A DNA stretch of 64,000 nt, from NCBI GenBank assembly GCA_046706305.1, contig JBJKPQ010000039.1, positions 12,428-76,427 of the forward strand, in the 5' to 3' direction. This DNA is from Bacteroidales bacterium (lineage in GTDB: Bacteria; Bacteroidota; Bacteroidia; Bacteroidales; VadinHA17). The position numbers and the translations under genes were made by a program. This document shows, piece by piece, positions 37,848 through 44,840 of this stretch; within the stretch, counting starts at the first letter, position 1; the number at the start of each line of letters is the position of its first letter. A model generated the notes under the pieces. The model saw nothing but the letters and a program-made list of their open reading frames with translations. It made no database searches and had not been told where the DNA came from.

Positions 37848-39275
37848 TTACTCCGTTCTGATTGCTTCGACAGGATTCAGCTTAAGGGCCTTCATCGCCG
37901 GGTACACTGATGAAAGGATACCTGTAATAATTATAAGTACTGTTACGATTCCAAAGAAACCGGCAGTTATTGTAGGGTATACATCGGCGGAATACCCAAG
38001 GGCGGCAAATCCCTCGGCATACCTCGACAGGTCGATGCCTGTCTGTGCTGTCAGTCGTACAATAACAAAACTGACTATCATTCCCGCTATTCCCCCTATA
38101 AGAGAGAGAAACACCGATTCAAGCATTATCATGGAAAAAACCTTCTTTTTGTTCATGCCTATTGCAGTAAGCATACCTATTTCTTTTGTTCTTTCCAGTA
38201 CGACCATAAGCATTGTGTTCACAATTCCGAAAGCCAGGGCGGCAAGAATGATTATACCGAAAATCAGGTAAAACTGCTGGACAAGATCGGTCATCATAGC
38301 AAGATCGGGTTGCAGCTTTTTCCAGCTGATAACTTCCTCACCGGGCAATCGGGCAGCTATGGCATTGGCCAATGGCACAGTCTCATCAATGTTACTTATC
38401 TTAACTACAATCTCATGGCAGGCGCTGTCGGGCAGGGAGGTGAGCCTTCGAAGATCGCTGTTACGGATAAAGACCATACTCTTTTCAAAAACACTGTTTG
38501 CTATATTATAAATCCCTGTAATATGGAACATGGCTCCTACCTGGTTATTATCCTTATCGAGAAAAGTCAGCGTCATCCTGCTGTTCTTTCTGTATGTCCA
38601 TGCCTCTTTTTTAATAAGTTGCCCGTATTCCTTCGACTCTTTAACGGTGAAGAGAGATTTCATTTTTCTAACAAATTGTTTCTCTCCTGTGAACCTCATG
38701 TTCAGAACAGGTTTAAGCTTTAAGGTTACTGTTGCAGGCACTCCCTTTTTTTGCAGGCTGACAAGAGTGGCCGAATCGATGTAATATCGGACAATGCCCA
38801 GTTCTTTTGCAAGATCCTCACCTATCAGTATCGGATTATGTTCCTTGTTGTCTTCAAAATAGCCACCTGTTCCGGGGACAATCTTTTTATAGATAGTAAA
38901 CACTTTTTTCTCCTTCCGGGGATCTATTCCGGTTATCCTGACCCCGGTACTTTTCAATGCCGTGTTAGCCATACCGGTAATAACTGTCCTTTCTACTGTA
39001 GCCTCAACACCATTCATTGAATGAACAACGGATAATACCCGCGAAGGATCCCTGATATACAGTTGAGGATCATCGCTTATCCGGAAATTTCTGTTTGTTA
39101 TCTGAATATCGGATATCTCTTCATTTAGTGCATCATCCACGCGCTGTTCTATCATACCGTTCATAAGGGCCACTGAGAAGACCCCTGCAAATATTCCTAT
39201 TGTAACGGAAGATATAACGACAAGGCTTCTGACCTTGTTACGCCATACGTTCTTCCATGCTGTTTTCCAGATCAT
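37848..39275 (-). CDS. ABC transporter permease, FtsX/MacB-LolC-LolE type (paralog 2)
   Basis: 475 aa: N-terminal TM (MIWKTAWKNVWRNKVRSLVVISS), a ~300-aa periplasmic domain, and a C-terminal 3-TM FtsX bundle (RTKEIGMLTAIGMNKK). Confidence 0.88.
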   Translation of the reverse strand: MIWKTAWKNVWRNKVRSLVVISSVTIGIFAGVFSVALMNGMIEQRVDDALNEEISDIQITNRNFRISDDPQLYIRDPSRVLSVVHSMNGVEATVERTVITGMANTALKSTGVRITGIDPRKEKKVFTIYKKIVPGTGGYFEDNKEHNPILIGEDLAKELGIVRYYIDSATLVSLQKKGVPATVTLKLKPVLNMRFTGEKQFVRKMKSLFTVKESKEYGQLIKKEAWTYRKNSRMTLTFLDKDNNQVGAMFHITGIYNIANSVFEKSMVFIRNSDLRRLTSLPDSACHEIVVKISNIDETVPLANAIAARLPGEEVISWKKLQPDLAMMTDLVQQFYLIFGIIILAALAFGIVNTMLMVVLERTKEIGMLTAIGMNKKKVFSMIMLESVFLSLIGGIAGMIVSFVIVRLTAQTGIDLSRYAEGFAALGYSADVYPTITAGFFGIVTVLIIITGILSSVYPAMKALKLNPVEAIRTE

Positions 39276-39287
39276 AACAAGGTTTAT

Positions 39288-40700
39288 TTATGCTTTTAAC
39301 GAATTTACCAGCTTCATCTTATAAATCTTTCTAACAGGGTAAGCTACGGCTATCAAAACTATAATGGCTACAATAACCGACTGCCAGAGAAAATAAGTGT
39401 TAACATTCATGAAAGGCATAATCGGTTCCATACCATAACTCTCATAAACTTTGGCATATTCACCCGAGAACCTGATCGGGTGATATTGGCCAATAATTAT
39501 TACAGGCAATGCTGCCGCAATTCCACTCAGAATGCCCAGTAAACCGATATATATCATTTCAAAGGAGACAATTGCCGCGAGTTTGGATTTCTGCATACCA
39601 ATAGCAACAAGGACCCCGAATTCCCTTCTCCTTTCAGTAGTCATCATAAGCACGGTACCGAAGATACCAAATGCTATTACAAGGTATAATATTCCTATCA
39701 TGATGGCCCCGCTCTTGTTATCCGCATCCATCTGATTTATGAGGAGCTCATTCATCTCTCTCCAGCCGAGAAGCCTTAGCGGAGACGGAAGCTGCCTGCC
39801 AAGAGACTTCAGAGTTCTGTTTATTGCCTTATCACTTTTGTTTTTAACAATCAGAGCCATTGAAGTAAGCATCCCCGGGGCATTGTAAAAGTCCTGGCAA
39901 ACATCGACAGGCAGGTAAACGATACGACTGTCAATATCCGGAGTGGGAAGCTTGACAATGCCGGCTATCCTGAATTTTGCCGCAGCTGTCGTCCCATGGT
40001 ATCCCTGTCCTATCATAACAAGGGTATCTCCTATGTTCAGGTTCAGGTATCTTGCCAGGTCGTCACCAAGTAATGCCTCTTTCTTTCCAGCGGTAATATA
40101 GCCGTTGCTGATCCTTGTAACCCTCTCAATTCCAGGCATAATTCTTTTTGCTTCCCTGTCTTTTATGCCCAGGTCGAGTTGCAGGATAGATGAAGAAGCG
40201 TAGCTTTCACCCCTGAACAGGTCAAGTTTTGACTTAATCCTGGCAGGTATATTCATATTTTTTATTGAATCTATTGCCTCCGGTGTAAGCCTGTACCTTA
40301 CAAGCCTGTTCTTTACGTCAGACAACATTGCCTCCTTTTCAGGATCAATGCCCATCACCAGGACCCCCTTTGTAAGCGGTCCTGTTGAAGCAAGGGCAAA
40401 TGATTCGAAACGTGGCACAAGATTGGTTACATTGTGATCGCTGAGGATAAGTTTCCTGATCTCAGGTGTGAAATCAAACGAGTTGTCAACGGTTGAATTA
40501 TCACTGAAATCCTGGTTCTGTACCTGTATATAACCTGTATATGATTCAATAACATTCCGGAACATATGAGCATATGAACCGAGTTGAAGAGAACGCATCA
40601 GCAATGCGAAGAAAACTGCAAAGAATACAGAGGCAACGGTGATTAGCGTTCTCCTTTTATTCCTCCACAGGTTCCTCCATGCCAGTTGATAGCTTTTCAT
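39288..40700 (-). CDS. ABC transporter permease, FtsX/MacB-LolC-LolE type (paralog 1)
   Basis: 470 aa with the same architecture: MKSYQLAWRNLWRNKRRTLITVAS, a periplasmic domain, then ERRREFGVLVAIGMQKS and the FtsX bundle. Confidence 0.88.
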   Translation of the reverse strand: MKSYQLAWRNLWRNKRRTLITVASVFFAVFFALLMRSLQLGSYAHMFRNVIESYTGYIQVQNQDFSDNSTVDNSFDFTPEIRKLILSDHNVTNLVPRFESFALASTGPLTKGVLVMGIDPEKEAMLSDVKNRLVRYRLTPEAIDSIKNMNIPARIKSKLDLFRGESYASSSILQLDLGIKDREAKRIMPGIERVTRISNGYITAGKKEALLGDDLARYLNLNIGDTLVMIGQGYHGTTAAAKFRIAGIVKLPTPDIDSRIVYLPVDVCQDFYNAPGMLTSMALIVKNKSDKAINRTLKSLGRQLPSPLRLLGWREMNELLINQMDADNKSGAIMIGILYLVIAFGIFGTVLMMTTERRREFGVLVAIGMQKSKLAAIVSFEMIYIGLLGILSGIAAALPVIIIGQYHPIRFSGEYAKVYESYGMEPIMPFMNVNTYFLWQSVIVAIIVLIAVAYPVRKIYKMKLVNSLKA

Positions 40701-40711
40701 ATTCCTTCAGG

Positions 40712-41476
40712 TTAATGGATTCTTTTCATGTTCTGCTGTGAGAAGAAATTCTGCTGTATAGGGATATTGAATTTAATATCCTTAATAATCACGACAGTAC
40801 TGTTTCCGGGTTCATCCATAGGCTTCAACACCAGTTTAGTTGGTATCATTCTGCCATCCATACTCTTTATATCGCTGCCTGTCTCTGTCCTCATCAATGT
40901 TCCGTCCTGGTCGTAGTATTCTGCTTTAAGCAGTAAGAATTCCTTTTTGTCTATCCACCTGACCTGGTGTCCCCATACCACGGCAGCATCAGGTTTTGCA
41001 ACCATTTTAATTACCCAGCAGTCACGCCCTTCAACAGTGGCATCACCTGTTATCTCATGAGTATAATCATTTACTACCGATGATTCTTTCATAATATCAT
41101 CATTAGTATAATCGGATCCCATCCACCCCTGCGACATCATCGAAGGAGGAAGCTTAATAAGCCTGCTTATGGCAGGATTCCAGTTCCACATTTCATTCCC
41201 TCTTTTAAGGAAAGACTGTCCCGCATCTTTTGCCGGTGAAGTTATGAGGGTGAGATTATAATTACGTTCAAGGGTCCAGCTTTTGAATTCTACAGTCCGC
41301 TGCCATGTAGGCCGCACTATTGTCATTGCCATTACTGTCTCACTCGACTTCTCGCCATTGAACTTTTCATCGGCTTTCTGTACAATCTCTTTTGCTGTGA
41401 GCTGCTGGGCACATATATATGCCGGTGCTGCAGGAAACAATAATGTGAATAAAATGAAATAAAATTTTTTCATCAT
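40712..41476 (-). CDS. Secreted LolA-like protein (outer membrane lipoprotein-sorting protein family)
   Basis: 254 aa with a signal peptide (MMKKFYFILFTLLFPAAPAYICA-QQ). The layout KADEKFNGEKSSETVMAMTIVRPTWQRTVEFKSWTLE...SFLKRGNEMWNWNPAISRLIKLPPSMMSQGWMGSDYTNDD is typical of the LolA_like (PF17131-type) family. Confidence 0.7.
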   Translation of the reverse strand: MMKKFYFILFTLLFPAAPAYICAQQLTAKEIVQKADEKFNGEKSSETVMAMTIVRPTWQRTVEFKSWTLERNYNLTLITSPAKDAGQSFLKRGNEMWNWNPAISRLIKLPPSMMSQGWMGSDYTNDDIMKESSVVNDYTHEITGDATVEGRDCWVIKMVAKPDAAVVWGHQVRWIDKKEFLLLKAEYYDQDGTLMRTETGSDIKSMDGRMIPTKLVLKPMDEPGNSTVVIIKDIKFNIPIQQNFFSQQNMKRIH

Positions 41477-41480
41477 TTAC

Positions 41481-42122
41481 CTATTTATACAATTCAACAA
41501 TCCGGTTAATTGTTTTATCATAATACACAGGATCCACCTCATCCATATATGCTGTAAGCATTGCAAAGCCCTCAACTGTATAGATGAACATGTGCATTTC
41601 AAGAACAGGATCATATTCCGGAGGTCTCTTGTCTTTCTTACGCATGAAATATGCAGTTATCATATCGGTCAGCTTTTTCATGAATTCCAGTCCGCTGCCG
41701 GTATAGATCTGGTTTAATGAGTTAACAGGGCTCTCGTTGTATTGCAGCATGAACCCCCTTACCTCTTTCTGCATAAGAAGCTGGTAAAAAAGACGCCAGA
41801 AAGGCAGCTTCTCCCTAACCACTGCAAAGATCTTCCTTATGAACCATTCAAATTCCTCTTCTGAAAGATAACCGTCCTTATTGGGATCAAAATACATTGT
41901 TATCTCTTCAGTCGATTTGTTAAGTACCTCCGAAAGCAAAGCTTCCTTGCTTTCGAAGTAATTATACAATAAGCCTTTTGATATACCTGCCCTGGCTGCT
42001 ATCTTGCTTATTGTAGTGTTATGATACCCTTCATCGGCAAAAAGCTCGAGAGCTGTTTCAATAATAAGCGCTTTCCTCTCTTCCCTTATCTCCCTGAACT
42101 GTGTTTTAGTACGTGGTGTCAT
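41481..42122 (-). CDS. TetR/AcrR-family transcriptional regulator with an EF-hand-like loop in the effector domain
   Basis: 213 aa. HTH region ALELFADEGYHNTTISKIAARAGISKGLLYNYFESKEAL. Residues 79-90, DPNKDGYLSEEE, fit the EF-hand loop pattern (see finding). Confidence 0.9.
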   Translation of the reverse strand: MTPRTKTQFREIREERKALIIETALELFADEGYHNTTISKIAARAGISKGLLYNYFESKEALLSEVLNKSTEEITMYFDPNKDGYLSEEEFEWFIRKIFAVVREKLPFWRLFYQLLMQKEVRGFMLQYNESPVNSLNQIYTGSGLEFMKKLTDMITAYFMRKKDKRPPEYDPVLEMHMFIYTVEGFAMLTAYMDEVDPVYYDKTINRIVELYK

Positions 42123-42155
42123 TTCTTCTGTTCTTCACCCCGGTTCCCGATTTTT

Positions 42156-42180
42156 TTGACTGACCGGTTGGTCAAAATTA
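42156..42180 (-). promoter_or_regulatory. Candidate TetR operator (20-bp imperfect palindrome) overlapping a -7 box (TAATTTTG)
   Basis: TTGACTGACCGGTTGGTCAA at 42156-42175 is 16/20 palindromic around ACCGGT. The minus-strand TAATTTTG at 42173-42180 shares its last 3 nt with the palindrome. The predicted TSS falls inside the palindrome, about 46 nt upstream of the TetR ATG. Confidence 0.5.
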
Positions 42181-42339
42181 AACCATGATTTTCCATTATC
42201 CAAATAATTCACAAAAAATTTTTGTCTCTTGTTTACAAAAAAAGCTCTCTCGTCTAAAAAACAAAGATTTGAAAATCTAAAATTAAATATTTTGGAAAGA
42301 TTTTTTATCTTTATCACTTGTACATAAACCTGTTTTACA

Positions 42340-43956
42340 ATGGCAAGTCTCAAGCTTTCACTGGGAATGATCCCTTCAACTTCTAAAATTGAGCAGGCAG
42401 AAAAAGAGCTTGTTGCTGAATTTGAGAAGCTAATGACCTTTTCGGAATCTGAACAGTTGGCAAGATATAATGAGCTGAATGAGCGTGTCAATTCCGCTGA
42501 CTTTAAAAACAAACGCAGGGAAATTGAGGTTCTGCGATATAAGGATTCTGAGGAATATCAAAAAGAAAAAGAATTTGACAGCCTTCGCAAGGCGAAAGAC
42601 ATCTCTCTTTATTTCAAGACTAAATCGAATACATACCTTAAGCAGTTTCGTGAGCTGGAAGGATCTGAAAAAATAGCTGAATTTGAAGAGCTGGAGAAGA
42701 TCATCCAGTCGCCGGAATTCCAGTCCAGGAAAAAGATGAAGCCGGTAAAATTCAAGGATACCGGGGAATACCGGAAGCTGCGTGAATTCAAGGCTTTAAA
42801 GAAGGATCCGGAGATAAAGGCTTACCTTAAGGCCGGGCTGAAGGAAGGTAACAACAAGTCCAATACAATCCTGAGATATGAAGAGCTCGACAAACTTGTT
42901 AAGACCCCTGAATTCCAGGCTAAGCAGAATATGAAGCCTTTCACCTTCAAGGATACCGATGAGTACAAGAAGTACCAGGAATATACAAGGTTAAAAAACT
43001 CGCCTGACATTAAGGAGTTCTATAAATTCGGATCATCGAAGGAATACGCTAACTTTAAGAATACCGACGGTTCATCGAGGCTGGAAAGGTACGGTGAGTT
43101 AAAGGACTATGTTGCCACTCCTGAATTCAGGGAAAGAAAAGAATATCTTCTCGACAGGAAGAGATTTGAGAAGACGGAGATGTACAAAGAGTTGAAGGAA
43201 TATGAAAAGCTGAAGAAAGATCCGGATATCATCTGGTACTTCAAGGTGAAGGATTCTTCCAGGTTTGATATACTAAAGAGCCGTGAAGTTACTTTCAGAG
43301 AAGAATTTGAAAATAACTCACTCGACACAACAAGGTGGCTCACCAACTATTACTGGGGCGACAAGCTGCTGAAAGACAGGTATTCCGTCGAATCCGACCT
43401 CCAGGCATACACTGAAAAGGAAAATTTTGAAATCCGGAACAGCATATTGAAGATCAATACCAAACCACAGAAGATTAGCGGAAAGGTATGGTCGGCAGCA
43501 GGAGGGTTCAGCACAAAGGAATTCAGTTATACCTCCGGACTTATAAACACCGGCAAAAGCTTCCGGCAGCAATACGGTATCTTCAGTGCCAAGATAAAAC
43601 TCGGCAATCCGCAGGCTAAAAGTGCTTTCTGGATGCTTGCCGATAAAATAACTCCTCATATTGATATTTGCAGGACATCAAAAGGCAAGGTCTGGTTCGA
43701 TTTTTTCACCGGTAATGGAAATGTATCCAAAACAGCCCTGGGATCCCGTTATGCAAATGATTTCTTCATCTATACCCTCGAATGGACCCCCGATAAACTG
43801 GTGTGGAAGCTCAACAACACGGTTGTCCATACACAGACTTCCGAAGTACCCCGTGAACCCATGTATATATCTCTCGCCGGCGGCCTCGATCAGCCTGTCA
43901 GTGGCATGACATCCATGGAGATAGACTGGGTGAGGGTGTATGAGGTAAAAGAGTAA
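42340..43956 (+). CDS. Repeat protein with C-terminal GH16-like (concanavalin/beta-jelly-roll) domain lacking the catalytic Glu pair; no signal peptide
   Basis: 538 aa. Four ~65-aa charged repeats ([ST]PEF[QR]xx[KR]...[FY]KD[TS][DGE]EY[KRQ]K..E[FY]..LK..P[DE]I). The C-terminal ~225 aa carry GH16-like strands (SGLINTGKSF, GIFSAKIKLG, SAFWMLA, YTLEWTPDKLVWKLNN, MEIDWVRVYE). Confidence 0.7.
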   Translation: MASLKLSLGMIPSTSKIEQAEKELVAEFEKLMTFSESEQLARYNELNERVNSADFKNKRREIEVLRYKDSEEYQKEKEFDSLRKAKDISLYFKTKSNTYLKQFRELEGSEKIAEFEELEKIIQSPEFQSRKKMKPVKFKDTGEYRKLREFKALKKDPEIKAYLKAGLKEGNNKSNTILRYEELDKLVKTPEFQAKQNMKPFTFKDTDEYKKYQEYTRLKNSPDIKEFYKFGSSKEYANFKNTDGSSRLERYGELKDYVATPEFRERKEYLLDRKRFEKTEMYKELKEYEKLKKDPDIIWYFKVKDSSRFDILKSREVTFREEFENNSLDTTRWLTNYYWGDKLLKDRYSVESDLQAYTEKENFEIRNSILKINTKPQKISGKVWSAAGGFSTKEFSYTSGLINTGKSFRQQYGIFSAKIKLGNPQAKSAFWMLADKITPHIDICRTSKGKVWFDFFTGNGNVSKTALGSRYANDFFIYTLEWTPDKLVWKLNNTVVHTQTSEVPREPMYISLAGGLDQPVSGMTSMEIDWVRVYEVKE

Positions 43957-43957
43957 A

Positions 43958-43995
43958 GGTCGTGCGGTTATGCGGTCTTGCGGTCGTGCGGTCAT
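43958..43995. repeat. Octamer tandem array GGTYNTGC x ~4.6
   Basis: GGTCGTGC GGTTATGC GGTCTTGC GGTCGTGC GGTCAT, starting 2 nt after the stop codon of 42340..43956. Confidence 0.85.
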
Positions 43996-43996
43996 T

Positions 43997-44221
43997 TACC
44001 TTTAAAAAACCCACCCCCGTCCCCTCCGAGGAGGGGAGTCAGACAGAATCAACTCACTACTCAAACTCACACCCGCCCGAACGACTGAATCGTTCAGTCG
44101 GGCGGGCTCACACTCACACTGTCTTAACCCACCCCTAGCCCCCCCCGACGCTTCGGTCGGGACGGGCCCGACGCTTCGGTCGGGACGGGCCTCCCGAGAG
44201 GGGAACCAAGAGCCCAAGCCT
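43997..44221. repeat. GC-rich hairpin/repeat island 2 (REP-like core)
   Basis: Hairpins CCCCTC-CGAG-GAGGGG (44021-44036) and CCCGCCCGA...TCGGGCGGG (44072-44106; 9-bp outer plus 5-bp inner stem). A perfect 23-nt tandem duplication CCCGACGCTTCGGTCGGGACGGG at 44144-44166 and 44167-44189, each copy a hairpin. ACCCACCCC recurs at 44008 and 44127. Shares CCCCCGACGCT..GGTC with island 1. Confidence 0.85.
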
Positions 44222-44285
44222 CACCATTATGTCATTGCACCGTTGCACCATTACACCATTGCACCATTGCACCGTTGCACCATTT
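44222..44285. repeat. Octamer tandem array CACCRTTR x 8, followed by a T7 tract
   Basis: CACCATTA TGTCATTG CACCGTTG CACCATTA CACCATTG CACCATTG CACCGTTG CACCATTT. It ends 68 nt upstream of the ECF sigma ATG. Confidence 0.85.
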
Positions 44286-44352
44286 TTTTACCTTTACTGT
44301 AACTATTCGGGTTTTTATCCGTCTTTGCATTGTATTCCGATCATAACAGTAC

Positions 44353-44838
44353 ATGACTGTAAAAGAGTATAACAGATCTGTAGAAGAGTATGCCGATGCG
44401 GTGTATCGCTTCATCCGTGGTAATCTCAGGGACGAGGACCGTGCAAATGATATTGTACAGGACAGTTTTGAGAAGCTGTGGAGAAGCGTTGCCGAGATAG
44501 AATACAGGGTTGTGAAATCGTGGCTTTTCTCAACTGCATATCACACAATGATAGATATAATAAGGAAAGAGAAAAGGATCACAGGCATAGAAGAGACACA
44601 CGAATCTGAAATGATAAGCGACTCGCTGTACAGTGAACTCAACGAAATACTGCAGAGGGCGCTTGAACGTCTTCCCGAGCATCAGAAGACGCCTGTTCTC
44701 CTGAGGGATTATGAAGGTTACAGTTACAAAGAGATCGGTGAAATAACAGGGCTTAGCGAGGCGCAGGTCAAGATCAATATTTACAGGGGGCGACTTGCTC
44801 TCAAGAGTTATATCGGTAAAATTGAAACTGTTTTGTAG
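44353..44838 (+). CDS. ECF-type RNA polymerase sigma-70 factor
   Basis: 161 aa. Region 2 DIVQDSFEKLWRS...WLFSTAYHTMIDIIRKEKR and region 4 LLRDYEGYSYKEIGEITGLSEAQVKINIYRGRLAL. Confidence 0.92.
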   Translation: MTVKEYNRSVEEYADAVYRFIRGNLRDEDRANDIVQDSFEKLWRSVAEIEYRVVKSWLFSTAYHTMIDIIRKEKRITGIEETHESEMISDSLYSELNEILQRALERLPEHQKTPVLLRDYEGYSYKEIGEITGLSEAQVKINIYRGRLALKSYIGKIETVL

Positions 44839-44840
44839 CC

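Noticed and set aside
42135-42512. 125-aa minus-strand ORF spanning the TetR/GH16-like divergent promoter region.
   Set aside because: It overlaps the operator/-7 box and the 5' end of the well-supported plus-strand repeat protein. It has no motifs and an odd composition.
43958-44285. Possibility that the repeat arrays are a CRISPR array.
   Set aside because: The units are only 8 nt (or 23 nt x 2) and directly abutting, with no unique spacers of 25-40 nt. No cas genes are in the window.
44002-44414. ORFs 44002..44217 (-) and 44232..44414 (-), the latter reading MVQWCNGAMVQWCNGATVQ-like.
   Set aside because: They are direct translations of the GC-rich hairpin island and of the CACCRTTR octamer array. 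The periodic peptide simply mirrors the DNA repeat.
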